Positions 35,459 through 47,902 of a DNA stretch of 64,000 nt are shown here, one piece after another. Origin of the DNA: an uncultured Actinomycetota bacterium (GTDB lineage Bacteria; Actinomycetota; Actinomycetes; Mycobacteriales; Mycobacteriaceae); NCBI GenBank assembly GCA_963796035.1, contig CAWCJU010000004.1:535029-599028 (forward strand), in the 5' to 3' direction. The notes beneath the pieces are model-generated. The model did not search any database and had not been told where the DNA came from. It was given only the letters and a program-made list of their open reading frames with translations. Every line of letters starts with the position of its first letter. The first letter of the stretch is position 1. The position numbers and the translations under genes are program-made.

Positions 35459-36094
35459 GTGAGGCTCATCCCGTTAGGCCTGGGCATCGGAATTGGCGCG
35501 GTGGGCGCATTATTGGTTGCCCCGCAATTGGTTCCCCGTGCGTCGGCGTCCTGCCCCGCCGTTGAAGTGGTCTTTGCCCGCGGCACCGACGAACCGCCCG
35601 GTGTCGGAAAGGTGGGCGGCGCCTTCGTCAGCTCGTTGCGCGAGCAGACGCGCAAAAGCGTTGGCGCATACGGGGTGAACTACCCGGCCAACAAAGATTT
35701 CCTGGCCGCCACCAACGGCGCCAACGATGCCAGCGCCCACATCCAGCAGATGGCCGCCAACTGTCCCGGCACCAAACTGGTGCTGGGCGGGTACTCGCAG
35801 GGCGCCGCCGTCGTCGACATCGTCACGGCCGCACCGGTGTCCGGCCTCGGCTACCGCCAGCCGTTGCCGCCCCAGGCCGCCGACCACGTCGCGGCCGTCG
35901 CGCTGTTCGGGAATCCGTCCGGCCGGGCGGGTCAGCTGATGAGCGCCCTGAGCCCCAATTTCGAGGGCAAGACCATCGACCTGTGCAACCCGGGCGACCC
36001 GATCTGCTCGGGGGGCATGCAGTGGAGTTCACACCTGAGCTACGTGCCCGGATTGACCAATCGCGCCGCGAATTTCGTCGCGGCCAGGGTCTAG
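35459..36094 (+). CDS. Secreted cutinase-family protein (Cut4-like)
   Basis: Signal peptide ending ASA, CPAVEVVFARGT, GGYSQGA, CNPGDPIC. Confidence 0.92.
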   Translation: MRLIPLGLGIGIGAVGALLVAPQLVPRASASCPAVEVVFARGTDEPPGVGKVGGAFVSSLREQTRKSVGAYGVNYPANKDFLAATNGANDASAHIQQMAANCPGTKLVLGGYSQGAAVVDIVTAAPVSGLGYRQPLPPQAADHVAAVALFGNPSGRAGQLMSALSPNFEGKTIDLCNPGDPICSGGMQWSSHLSYVPGLTNRAANFVAARV

Positions 36095-36942
36095 CGCGAG
36101 CGCAGGTCCCGGGTGATCAGGTTGCGCGCGGCCAACTGGTCGTCGGGCGGGTAGTCGACCCGACCAGCGACAAGCCGTGGGCGGGCGCGGCGGCGAAGTC
36201 GCTGGACCGCTCTGTGGCGCTGAGCAATTCGCGGCAATAGGAGGCGGGACGGCGGTGTTCGCCGACGGCCAGCAGCGCGCCGACCAGTGAGCGCACCATC
36301 GACCAGCAGAACGCGTCGGCGCTGACCTGCGCGGTGACCAGGTCACCGTCGCGGGTCCACTCCAGTCGCTGCAGGTCGCGAATGGTGGTGGCGTTCTCGC
36401 GATGACGGCAGAAAGCGGCAAAATCGTGCAGTCCCAACAGGTCTCGCGACGCGGCGGCCATCGCCTCGACGTCCAGCGGTCGCGGCCAGGCGGTGACGTA
36501 GCGGGCCTGCAGCGGCTGCCACGCCCCAGGGCGCCGTCGAGATCCGATACACATAGTGACGCCGCAGCGCCGAGAACCGGGCGTCGAAACCCGCGGGGGC
36601 GCGGGTGACATCGACGACTCGGACATCGGTGGGCAGGAACCGGCCCAGCCGCCGCAGCAGCGGCAGGAATTCGGGTTCACCGGCGCGCGGTGCACGCGGA
36701 TAGGCGTTCGGCAACGCGGCCGGCGGTACGTCGACGTGAGCCACCTGCCCGGTGGCGTGGACTCCAGCGTCGGTGCGTCCCGCCGCGCGCAGCCGCACCG
36801 GCGTGCGAAAGACCGTCGTCAGCGCCTCGTCGAGAATTCCGGCCACGGTCCGCTGGCCGGCCTGAGCGGCCCAGCCCGCGAAACCTGTTCCGTCGTAGGC
36901 GATTTCAAGCCGCAGACGGACGTCCTCGCTAACTCTCGTCAG
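36091..36942 (-). CDS. truA: tRNA pseudouridine(38-40) synthase TruA (frameshifted; start uncertain)
   Basis: [48 protein letters not shown]. Confidence 0.94.
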
Positions 36943-37583
36943 CCTCGTCGTCCGCCTCGGCGGCTTCGGCTTCGGCCCTGGCGGCCACGGCCTTGTCGGC
37001 CTTGTCTTCGGCTTCGGCTTGGGCCTTGGTCGGCTCGGCCTCGGTCTTGGTCTCCTCGACCTCGGTCTTGGTCTCCTCGACCTCGGCCGTGACTTCCTCG
37101 GCCGTCGGGCCGACGGCTTCCTGCGGCTCGACAGCCGCCTGAGGTGCCGCCGCTGCCGCGACCGGAGCGTCGGTCTTCTTGGAGGCCTTCACCCGACGAG
37201 CCCGATCGGCCTCGGAGGTGACGGTCTTCTCCCGCACCAGCTCGATCACGGCCATGGGCGCGTTGTCGCCCTTGCGCGGCTCGACCTTGATGATGCGGGT
37301 GTAGCCGCCGTTGCGGTCGGCGAAGAACGGACCGATCTCCGCGAACAGGGCGTGCACCACGTCCTTGTCGCGGATCTTCTTCAGCACCTCCCGACGGTTG
37401 TGCAGCGTCACCCTTTTTCGCGTGGGTGATCAGCTTTTCCGCATACGGCCGCAACGCACGAGCCTTGGGCTCGGTCGTCTTGATCCGGCCGTGCTCGAAC
37501 AGCGACGTGGCCAGGTTGGCCAGCAGGGCCTTCTGGTGCGAAGACGACCCGCCGAGGCGAGGTCCCTTGGTGGGCTTGGGCAT
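36929..37583 (-). CDS. rplQ: 50S ribosomal protein L17 with acidic C-terminal extension (frameshift near 37410)
   Basis: [25 protein letters not shown]; [26 protein letters not shown]. Confidence 0.96.
37039..37086. repeat. 21-bp tandem repeat inside the rplQ tail
   Basis: CCTCGGTCTTGGTCTCCTCGA x2 plus a partial copy; encodes EVEETKT repeats. Confidence 0.85.
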
Positions 37584-37642
37584 TGCGACTATCTCCTAAT
37601 TGGGGCCGGCCCCCGTATCAGGTAGGGCCGGGACGGAATTCT

Positions 37643-38716
<1,074 letters not shown>

Positions 38717-38761
38717 CTATTTGATGCCGTTAAGACCTGCACCGGCCTGGTGCAGGGGTCT

Positions 38762-39367
38762 TTACTTCGAGTAGAACTCGACGATGAGCTGCTCGGTGAG
38801 CGGCACGTCGATCTGCGCCCGCTCGGGCAGCTGGTGGACGAGGATGCGCTGACGCTCCCCCACGACCTGCAGCCAGCTCGGGATCGGGCGGTCGCCCGCC
38901 GTCTCCCGCGCGATCTGGAACGGCACGGTGTTCAGCGACCCGTCCCGCACGTCGATGATGTCGTGCTGCGACACCCGGTAGCTGGGGACGTTGACGTGCA
39001 CGCCGTTGACGCTGAAGTGTCCGTGGCTGACCAGCTGACGCGCCATCCGGCGGGTGCGAGCCAGACCGGCGCGGTACACGACGTTGTCCAGCCGGCTTTC
39101 CAGGATGCGCAGCAGCTCCTCACCGGTCTTGCCGGATTGCCGGGAGGCCTCTGCGTAGTAGCGACGGAACTGCTTTTCCATCACGCCGTAGGTGAAGCGG
39201 GCCTTCTGCTTCTCCTGCAGCTGCAGCAGGTATTCGCTTTCCTTGATCCGCGCGCGGCCGTGCTGGCCGGGCGGGTAGGGACGCTTCTCGAACGCCTGGT
39301 CGCCACCGACGAGGTCGGTGCGCAGCCGGCGCGACTTGCGGGTGATGGGTCCGGTGTAACGAGCCAT
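38762..39367 (-). CDS. rpsD: 30S ribosomal protein S4
   Basis: MARYTGP, LESRLDNVVYR, LIVEFYSK. Confidence 0.99.
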   Translation of the reverse strand: MARYTGPITRKSRRLRTDLVGGDQAFEKRPYPPGQHGRARIKESEYLLQLQEKQKARFTYGVMEKQFRRYYAEASRQSGKTGEELLRILESRLDNVVYRAGLARTRRMARQLVSHGHFSVNGVHVNVPSYRVSQHDIIDVRDGSLNTVPFQIARETAGDRPIPSWLQVVGERQRILVHQLPERAQIDVPLTEQLIVEFYSK

Positions 39368-39376
39368 GGTTGTCTC

Positions 39377-39796
39377 CTAGACCCTTCTGCGCTTCGGCGG
39401 GCGGCAGCCGTTGTGCGGCTGGGGGGTGACGTCGGAGATCGCACCGACCTCCAGGCCGGCGGCCTGCAGCGACCGGATCGCGGTCTCCCGGCCCGAACCC
39501 GGGCCCTTCACGAACACGTCGACCTTCTTGACGCCGTGTTCCTGCGCCTTGCGCGCGGCGTTCTCGGCGGCCAGCTGGGCTGCGAACGGGGTCGACTTCC
39601 GCGAGCCCTTGAAGCCCACGTGCCCCGACGACGCCCAGGCGATGACGTTGCCCTGGGGGTCGGTGATCGTGACGATCGTGTTGTTGAAGGTGCTCTTGAT
39701 GTGGGCGGCACCGTGCGGGATGTTCTTCTTTTCCCGCCTGCGGGTCTTCTGACCCTTCTTGGGCGCCGCCGCGCCTGCCTTCTTTGCTGGTGGCAT
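39377..39796 (-). CDS. rpsK: 30S ribosomal protein S11
   Basis: [33 protein letters not shown]. Confidence 0.99.
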   Translation of the reverse strand: MPPAKKAGAAAPKKGQKTRRREKKNIPHGAAHIKSTFNNTIVTITDPQGNVIAWASSGHVGFKGSRKSTPFAAQLAAENAARKAQEHGVKKVDVFVKGPGSGRETAIRSLQAAGLEVGAISDVTPQPHNGCRPPKRRRV

Positions 39797-39802
39797 CGGG
39801 GG

Positions 39803-40177
39803 TTACCTGGCCTTCTTCTTGCCGGCGATGGTGCGCTTGGGGCCCTTGCGGGTACGCGCGTTGGTCTTGGTCCGCTGACCGCGCACCGGCAGGCCGCGGC
39901 GGTGCCGCAGGCCCTGGTAGCAGCCGATCTCGATCTTGCGGCGGATGTCGGCCTGCGTCTCGCGGCGGAGGTCACCCTCGACCTTGAGGTTTGCCTCGAT
40001 GTAGTCACGCAGGTGGGTCAGCTGGTCATCGGTCAGATCCCGGGTGCGCAGGTTCCGGTCGATGCCGGTAGCTGCCAGGATCTCGTTCGACCGGGTGCGG
40101 CCGACGCCGAAGATGTAGGTCAGCGCGATCTCCATCCGCTTGTCACGCGGCAGATCGACGCCTACTAGTCGAGCCAT
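39803..40177 (-). CDS. rpsM: 30S ribosomal protein S13
   Basis: [32 protein letters not shown]. Confidence 0.99.
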   Translation of the reverse strand: MARLVGVDLPRDKRMEIALTYIFGVGRTRSNEILAATGIDRNLRTRDLTDDQLTHLRDYIEANLKVEGDLRRETQADIRRKIEIGCYQGLRHRRGLPVRGQRTKTNARTRKGPKRTIAGKKKAR

Positions 40178-40369
40178 AGGTGGCGTTTCCTCTTTTTCTT
40201 AGCGGAGGTCTGATCCCAGCCCGTTCCCGCAACCCCGGTAGGGGTGGTCATATCTCGCGGGGCCCGGCCTCCGTCCGGGCGTGGATGAGCTAGCCCATCT
40301 CTATAGATGCCAGCCGCTCACTGGTGCTGGGAGGTCTGCATTCAGTTGTGTCGGTGCTGCGGGCAGCCG

Positions 40370-40483
40370 TTAGCCCTGGCGCTGCTTGTGGCGCGGATCG
40401 GAGCAGATCACCATGACCCGCCCATGCCGACGGATCACCCTGCACTTGTCACAGATTGGCTTGACGCTCGGGTTCACCTTCAC
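40370..40483 (-). CDS. rpmJ: 50S ribosomal protein L36 (below ORF-track size cutoff)
   Basis: Manual translation: [37 protein letters not shown]. Confidence 0.97.
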
Positions 40484-40533
40484 GGCTGTTCGATCCTGTT
40501 CTGTCTATTCGTAGGTTGTTCTGATCGGGCGCT

Positions 40534-40755
40534 TTACTTGTACCGGTACACGATGCGGCCACGGGACAGGTCGTAGGGAGACAACTCCACCACCACCCGG
40601 TCCTCGGGCAGGATGCGGATGTAGTGCTGCCGCATCTTGCCGCTGATGTGGGCAAGCACCTTGTGGCCGTTCTCCAGCTCAATGCGGAACATCGCATTGG
40701 GCAGGGGCTCGACCACCCGGCCTTCCACCTCGATGGCGCCGTCCTTCTTGGCCAT
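40534..40755 (-). CDS. infA: Translation initiation factor IF-1
   Basis: [31 protein letters not shown]. Confidence 0.99.
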
Positions 40756-41007
40756 AACTAGTTAAGAATCCTCGTCGTATAGTTTCGTTCTCGTCTGCGC
40801 CTTAGTCGACGCAACATTGCACCGACTTGGAACGTGAGCCGGTGACAGGAAATTCCTAGGGACTTGGCACACAAAAAGTCGGCGCGGATGCCGCACCGTT
40901 GTTCCACGATACCCGGTTAATCCGCTCCACCAAAATCGCTGTCGGCGGAACGCGGCCCGCCTCCTCGACCTCCCACATGGCCGCTGACGAGCGCATACTT
41001 AACGCCG

Positions 41008-42711
41008 ATGACCAACCCTTCCGGCCCCTCGGGCCCAGCGGACGTCGCGGGGCCCGCAGCGCAGCAGCGCAAGCCCGTCATGTTGACCGTCGACGACGAT
41101 CCCTCGGTTTCCCGGGCGGTCGCCCGGGACCTGCGCCGCCACTACGGCGAAGACCACCGGATCGTGCGCGCGGAATCCGGTCCCGACGCCCTGGGCACGC
41201 TCAAGGAGCTCAAACTGCGCGGCGAGACGGTCGCGGTGCTGATCGCCGACTACCGGATGCCGCAGATGAGCGGCATCGAGTTCCTCGAACAGGCGATGGA
41301 CCTGTATCCGGCGGCGCGCCGGGTGCTGCTGACCGCCTACGCCGACACGCACGCCGCCATCGACGCGATCAACGTCGTCGACCTGGACCACTACCTGCTC
41401 AAGCCGTGGGATCCCCCGGAGGAGAAGTTCTACCCCGTCATCGACGGGCTGCTGGACGCCTGGCGGGCCGCACCCGAGCACCCCATCCCGCACACCAAGG
41501 TGATCGGCCACCGCTGGTCGGCGCGGTCCTGGCAGGTCCGCGACTTCCTGGCCCGCAACGGCCTCTACTACACCTGGTTCATGGCCGACGAACCCGCCGG
41601 CGAGCGGCTGCTGACCGCGGCCGGCGAGGACGGCATGCGGCTGCCGGTGGTGGTCACCCAGCGGGGCGACACCCTGGTCGAACCCAGCGACGCGCAGCTG
41701 GCCGAGACCCTGGGCCTGACCACCACGCCGTCGCAGGAGTTCTACGACCTGATCGTGGTGGGCGGCGGGCCCGCGGGCCTGGCGGCCGCCGTGTACGGCG
41801 CCTCCGAGGGCCTGCGGACGGTGCTCATCGAGCACACCGCCACCGGCGGTCAGGCCGGGCAGAGCTCGCGCATCGAGAACTATCTGGGCTTCCCGGACGG
41901 GGTCTCCGGTAGCCAGCTGGCCGACCGCGCCCGCCGGCAGGCGGAGAAGTTCGGCGCCGAGCTGATCACCGCCCGCAAGGCGACCGCCCTCGAGGTCAAC
42001 GGATCCAAGCGCACCGTGCGGTTCGCCGACGGCGGCTCGATCGACGCACACGCGGTCATCCTGGCCACCGGGGTCTCCTACCGCCAGCTGCAGGCCGAGG
42101 GCTGCAGCGAGCTGACCGGCTGCGGCATCTACTACGGCGCCGCCGTCTCGGTCGCCTCGGAGTGCGAAGAAGAAGAGGTCTACGTGATCGGCGGGGCGAA
42201 CTCGGCCGGCCAGGCGGCCATGTACCTGTCGCGGACCGCCAAGGCGGTCAACATCGTGGTGCGCGCCCCGTCGCTGGAGGCATCCATGTCCTACTACCTC
42301 ATCCAGCAGATCGAGGCGAACCCCAAGATCAACGTCCTGACCTGTACCGAGGTGCAGCGCGCCACCGGCGACGGCCACCTGGAACAGCTGAGGCTGGTCA
42401 ACAACCGGACCGGGAAAACCGAGGACGTCACCTGCGGCCGGATGTTCATCTTCATCGGCGCCGCGCCGCGCACCGACTGGCTCGACGGGGTGTTGGCCCG
42501 CGACGACCACGGGTTCATCCTGACCGGCCCGGACCTGCGCAACGTGTGCGGCTGGACGCTGGAACGCCCGCCGCACCACCTCGAGACCAGCGTGCCCGGG
42601 GTGTTCGCCACCGGCGACGTCCGCTCCACGTCCGCCAAGCGGGTCGCCGCCGCGGTCGGCGAAGGGTCGATGGCGGTCATGCTGGTTCACCGATACCTGG
42701 CCGAAGCATGA
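41008..42711 (+). CDS. Response-regulator receiver fused to a thioredoxin-reductase-like FAD oxidoreductase
   Basis: Receiver VDDD, IADYRMP, LLTAY, YLLKP; then GGGPAGLAAAVY, IENYLGFP, GGANSAG, GVFATGDV. Confidence 0.92.
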   Translation: MTNPSGPSGPADVAGPAAQQRKPVMLTVDDDPSVSRAVARDLRRHYGEDHRIVRAESGPDALGTLKELKLRGETVAVLIADYRMPQMSGIEFLEQAMDLYPAARRVLLTAYADTHAAIDAINVVDLDHYLLKPWDPPEEKFYPVIDGLLDAWRAAPEHPIPHTKVIGHRWSARSWQVRDFLARNGLYYTWFMADEPAGERLLTAAGEDGMRLPVVVTQRGDTLVEPSDAQLAETLGLTTTPSQEFYDLIVVGGGPAGLAAAVYGASEGLRTVLIEHTATGGQAGQSSRIENYLGFPDGVSGSQLADRARRQAEKFGAELITARKATALEVNGSKRTVRFADGGSIDAHAVILATGVSYRQLQAEGCSELTGCGIYYGAAVSVASECEEEEVYVIGGANSAGQAAMYLSRTAKAVNIVVRAPSLEASMSYYLIQQIEANPKINVLTCTEVQRATGDGHLEQLRLVNNRTGKTEDVTCGRMFIFIGAAPRTDWLDGVLARDDHGFILTGPDLRNVCGWTLERPPHHLETSVPGVFATGDVRSTSAKRVAAAVGEGSMAVMLVHRYLAEA

Positions 42712-44252
42712 CCGGCGCCGAATCGATGGCCAATAAAGTGCCCTGCGAGCCCGCCGAGCTGCGCAGCCTGTTCCTGTTCGAGGCGCTGACCGACGAGCAG
42801 CTCGCGGTGCTGTGCAGCAACGGGCACATTCAGCACTACGAACCGGGCCCGATCTGCGTCGAAGGCGAACCGGCGACCTGCTTCTACGTCCTGCTCGACG
42901 GGGAGCTGACCATGACCAAACTCTCCGGCGGCCAGGACATCGAAACCAACCGCACCTCGCAGCGCGGCGTGTATTGCGGGGCCTGGCGGGCGTTCACCGG
43001 CGGCAAGCAGAAGAGTTACGACGCCTCGGTGCACGTGACCAAGCCGTCGCGCTTCTTCGTGATGGACGCGCCGGTGTTCGCCCAGTTCATGAAGGACCAG
43101 TTCCCCATGGCGGTGCACCTGCTCGACGGCATCGCCGTGGGCACCGACCGCACCCGCCGGATCATCGACAACCGGGAGAAGCTGCTGGCGCTGGGCCGGT
43201 TGTCGGCCGGGCTGACGCATCAGCTGAACAATCCCGCGGCCGCGATCTCGCGGTCGGCGTCGGACCTGCGCGAACGCGTGGCCAACATGCGGCACAAGCT
43301 GGCGATGCTCGCCGACGGCACCATCACCCCCGAGGCGTTGAGCGCCCTGGTGCAGTTGCAGGAGCGGGTCGCCGAGCAGGTCGCCAAGTCGTCGTCACAG
43401 CACCTGAGCGCGCTGGAGACCTCCGACCGCGAGGATGCCGTCGGCGACTGGCTGGATGACCACGGCATCGAGGGCGGCTGGGACATCGCGCCGACGTTCG
43501 TCGAGGGCGGCATCGACACCGATTGGCTGGAACGGATTTCCGCGGTCAGCGACGAGCTCGCGCCCGGATCGCTGGAGATGGCGATTCGATGGATCAACTA
43601 CACCATCGAAAGCGAACTCCTGATGAACCAGATTCTTGAAGCGAGCAAACGGATTTCGGCGCTGGTCGCCGACGCCAAGCAGTATTCGCAAATGGATCGG
43701 GCCCCGTTCCAGGTGGCCAACGTGCACGACCTGCTCTACAGCACGCTGGTGATGTTCGCCGACCGGTTGACCAAGGACTGCGGGCAAGGAGGCCCGCAAA
43801 GACCAGCGATCACCGTGGTCAAGGACTTCGACAAATCGCTTCCCGAAATCCCTTGCTATCCAGGCGATCTCAATCAGGTGTGGACCAACATCATCGATAA
43901 CGCGCTGGCCGCGATGCGCGATACGGGCGGCACGCTGACCGTTCGCACCTGCCGCTACGGCGACAACATGGCCCGGGTCGAAATCTGCGACACCGGGCCG
44001 GGAATACCCGAGGACGTGCGCGAGCACATCTTCGAGCCGTTCTTCACCACCAAACCCTTCGGCGAGGGCACCGGGCTGGGCCTGGACCTGGCGTTCAACA
44101 TCGTGGTGAAGAAGCATCGCGGGGACCTGCGGGTGGAGTCGGTGCCCGGCGACACCCGGTTCATCGTGTTGCTGCCGCTGGAGCCACCCGCCGCTGACGT
44201 CGCCGCCGCGGAACTCGACGACGCCGACGAGGATGTAGCCGCCCCGGAATAG
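42708..44252 (+). CDS. Cytoplasmic histidine kinase with N-terminal cyclic-nucleotide-binding domain
   Basis: LFEALTDEQL...EGEPATCFYVLLDG (cNMP-like); H box LTHQLNNP, N box NQVWTNIIDNA, DTGPGIP, FEPFFTTK, GTGLGL; ATGA overlap with the upstream gene. Confidence 0.92.
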   Translation: MTGAESMANKVPCEPAELRSLFLFEALTDEQLAVLCSNGHIQHYEPGPICVEGEPATCFYVLLDGELTMTKLSGGQDIETNRTSQRGVYCGAWRAFTGGKQKSYDASVHVTKPSRFFVMDAPVFAQFMKDQFPMAVHLLDGIAVGTDRTRRIIDNREKLLALGRLSAGLTHQLNNPAAAISRSASDLRERVANMRHKLAMLADGTITPEALSALVQLQERVAEQVAKSSSQHLSALETSDREDAVGDWLDDHGIEGGWDIAPTFVEGGIDTDWLERISAVSDELAPGSLEMAIRWINYTIESELLMNQILEASKRISALVADAKQYSQMDRAPFQVANVHDLLYSTLVMFADRLTKDCGQGGPQRPAITVVKDFDKSLPEIPCYPGDLNQVWTNIIDNALAAMRDTGGTLTVRTCRYGDNMARVEICDTGPGIPEDVREHIFEPFFTTKPFGEGTGLGLDLAFNIVVKKHRGDLRVESVPGDTRFIVLLPLEPPAADVAAAELDDADEDVAAPE

Positions 44253-44280
44253 CTGCCGCGGGGCGCAGGTTGGGAACACC

Positions 44281-45129
44281 ATGACCGATGCAGCGAGCAA
44301 ACCCAATCTCGGCCGGTTCGGATCGTTCGGACGCGGCGTCACACCCGAGCAGGCCAGGGACATCGAAGCGCTGGGCTACGGCGCCGTCTGGGTCGGCGGT
44401 TCACCGCCCGCCGAGCTGGCCTGGGTCGAGCCCCTCCTGGAGGCGACGACGACGTTGCAGGTGGGCACCGGCATCGTCAACATCTGGACCGCGGCCGCCA
44501 AGCCGGTGGCCGAGTCCTTCCACCGCATCGAGGCGGCCTACCCGGGCCGGTTCCTGCTGGGCATCGGCGTCGGCCATCCCGAGGCTCACACCGAGTACCG
44601 CAAGCCCTACGACGCGCTGGCCGACTACCTCAAGCAGCTCGATGACTACGGCGTACCCGCCAACCGCCGGGTGGTGGCGGCGCTGGGCCCGCGCGTCCTC
44701 AAGCTGTCCGCGGAACGCTCGGCGGGGGCTCACCCCTACCTGACCACCCCGGAACATACTGCGCAGGCCCGCGAAATCATCGGGCCGTCGGCCTTCCTGG
44801 CACCCGAGCACAAGGCGATCCTGACCACCGACGCCGAAAAGGCCAGGGCCGTCGGCCGCAAGGCGCTCGACATCTATTTCAACCTCGCCAACTACCGAAA
44901 CAATTGGAAGCGACTGGGTTTCACCGAGGACGAAGTCACCCGGCCCGGCAGCGACCGGCTGGTGGATGCCCTGGTGGCATATGGCACCGCGGACCAGATC
45001 GCGGCGCGGCTCGCCGAACACCTCGACGCCGGCGCCGATCACGTCCCCGTGCAGATCCTGACAAAGGATGAAAACCTGGTCTCGGCACTGGCCGAACTGG
45101 CTGGGCCACTGGGGCTGAAGCAGTCCTGA
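44281..45129 (+). CDS. LLM-class F420-dependent oxidoreductase (Rv3463-like)
   Basis: LGYGAVWVGGSP, TGIVNIW, GRFLLGIGVGH, GAHPYLTTPEHT. Confidence 0.92.
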   Translation: MTDAASKPNLGRFGSFGRGVTPEQARDIEALGYGAVWVGGSPPAELAWVEPLLEATTTLQVGTGIVNIWTAAAKPVAESFHRIEAAYPGRFLLGIGVGHPEAHTEYRKPYDALADYLKQLDDYGVPANRRVVAALGPRVLKLSAERSAGAHPYLTTPEHTAQAREIIGPSAFLAPEHKAILTTDAEKARAVGRKALDIYFNLANYRNNWKRLGFTEDEVTRPGSDRLVDALVAYGTADQIAARLAEHLDAGADHVPVQILTKDENLVSALAELAGPLGLKQS

Positions 45130-45149
45130 CATGCCGTAGGGGGAGCTAG

Positions 45150-46016
45150 ATGACCGAGGGAGTTTCGCTCAAGCCCGAGCTCGGCCGGTTCGGCGTATGG
45201 CTGCCCACCCGATCCATCTCCGCCGAATTGGCCGCGGGTGTCGAATCGCTGGGCTACGGCGCCGCCTGGATCGGCGGATCACCGGATGCCGATCTGTCCT
45301 GGGCCGACCCGGCCCTGGCGCAGACGACGTCGCTGCAGCTGGCCACCGGGATCGTCAACATCTGGACGGCACCCGCCCCGGCCGTCGCCCAGTCCTACCA
45401 CCGAATCGAATCCGGCCATCCGGGAAGGTTTTTGCTGGGCATCGGGGTGGGTCACCCCGAGCACACCGGAGAATACGTGAAGCCCTACGACGCCCTGGTC
45501 TCCTACCTGGACGAACTCGACGCGGCCCTGGTGCCGACCAGCCGTCGGGTGGTCGCGGCGCTCGGGCCGCGGGTGCTGGGCCTGGCGGCGCAGCGCAGCG
45601 CCGGTGCGCACCCGTACCTGACCACGCCGGAGCACACCGCCAAGGCGCGCGATTTGCTCGGCGGGGCAGTGTATTTGGCGCCCGAGCACAAGGTGGTGCT
45701 CACCACCGACGCCGAGAAGGCCCGCACGATCGGGCGCCAGACGGTCGAGTTCTACCTGGGCCTGCGCAATTACGTGAACAACTGGCTGCGGCTGGGGTTC
45801 ACCGAGGCCGACGTGCGCAAGCCCGGCAGCGACAGGCTGATCGACGCGGTGGTCGCCTACGGCACTGCGGAGGACATCGCGAGGCGGTTGGGTGAACATC
45901 TGGAGGCCGGGGCCGACCACGTGGCGATCCAGGTGCTGGGTGGCCACGACGAAGACACGCTGCTACCTGCGCTAAGTGAATTGGCCGGACCTCTAGGGCT
46001 AACTCGCGCAAACTGA
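45150..46016 (+). CDS. LLM-class F420-dependent oxidoreductase, tandem paralog
   Basis: Same motifs as the preceding gene. Confidence 0.92.
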   Translation: MTEGVSLKPELGRFGVWLPTRSISAELAAGVESLGYGAAWIGGSPDADLSWADPALAQTTSLQLATGIVNIWTAPAPAVAQSYHRIESGHPGRFLLGIGVGHPEHTGEYVKPYDALVSYLDELDAALVPTSRRVVAALGPRVLGLAAQRSAGAHPYLTTPEHTAKARDLLGGAVYLAPEHKVVLTTDAEKARTIGRQTVEFYLGLRNYVNNWLRLGFTEADVRKPGSDRLIDAVVAYGTAEDIARRLGEHLEAGADHVAIQVLGGHDEDTLLPALSELAGPLGLTRAN

Positions 46017-47039
<1,023 letters not shown>

Positions 47040-47040
47040 C

Positions 47041-47646
47041 GTGGGAGTCCGCGAACTGAAGATTCCCGGCGCCTGGGAGATCACCCCTACCGTTCACGGC
47101 GATTCGCGCGGCCATTTCTTCGAATGGCTCACCGACAAGGGATTCCGCTCCTTCGCCGGTCATCGCTTGGACGTCCGGCAGGCCAATTGTTCGGTGTCAT
47201 CGGCCGGGGTGTTGCGCGGATTGCACTTCGCCCAGGTCCCGCCGAGCCAGGCCAAGTACGTGACCTGCGTTCGCGGTTCGGTATTCGACGTCGTCGTCGA
47301 CATCCGGGTGGGCTCGCCGACATTCGGGCAGTGGGATTCGGTTCTGCTCGACGACTCCGATCACCGGACGATCTACATTTCCGAAGGCCTGGGGCACGGC
47401 TTCCTGGCGCTGCAAGACAATTCGACGGTGATGTACCTGTGCTCGGCGGAATACAGCCCGCAGCGCGAGCACACGATTTGCGCGACGGATCCGGCGCTGG
47501 CCATCGACTGGCCCCTGGTGGACGGGGCTGCGCCCAACTTGTCCGACCGGGATGCCGCGGCGCCCAGCTTCGAGGAGGTGCGCGCCTCCGGCCTGCTGCC
47601 CACCTGGGACGAGACGAAGGCGTTCGTCGACGGCATGCGCGACTGA
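47041..47646 (+). CDS. rmlC: dTDP-4-dehydrorhamnose 3,5-epimerase
   Basis: HGDSRGHFFE, GVLRGLHF, DIRVGSPTFG, GHGF. Confidence 0.97.
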   Translation: MGVRELKIPGAWEITPTVHGDSRGHFFEWLTDKGFRSFAGHRLDVRQANCSVSSAGVLRGLHFAQVPPSQAKYVTCVRGSVFDVVVDIRVGSPTFGQWDSVLLDDSDHRTIYISEGLGHGFLALQDNSTVMYLCSAEYSPQREHTICATDPALAIDWPLVDGAAPNLSDRDAAAPSFEEVRASGLLPTWDETKAFVDGMRD

Positions 47647-47902
47647 CCGCGCGCTTACGGCCATACAGGCGCGCGCGACGGCTCAATCAAAGCGACGTGC
47701 TTTGTCCCGCAACACTCTTGGCGCTCGGCGAGCGCAAAAAGTAACAAGCAGCTCGGCGCTTGTTAGACACGTATATATTAGTGTCGCATTTGCGGCCGCG
47801 GGACGCCTCCGATAGCGTCGAACGGCCCTCGTCTCTGTTCGGTGACGCTAAGATTGCGCCGATGATGCCGATGAGGCCCCATGCGGGTGGCGGGGGACGC
47901 CG

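Noticed and set aside
42162-42707. N-terminal extension of the 696-aa kinase ORF
   Set aside because: Overlaps the receiver-TrxB gene in another frame; the real start is the ATGA overlap at 42708 or the ATG shortly after
44281-46016. Tandem F420-dependent LLM paralogs as a novelty
   Set aside because: LLM gene expansion is common in mycobacteria, and the position matches Rv3463
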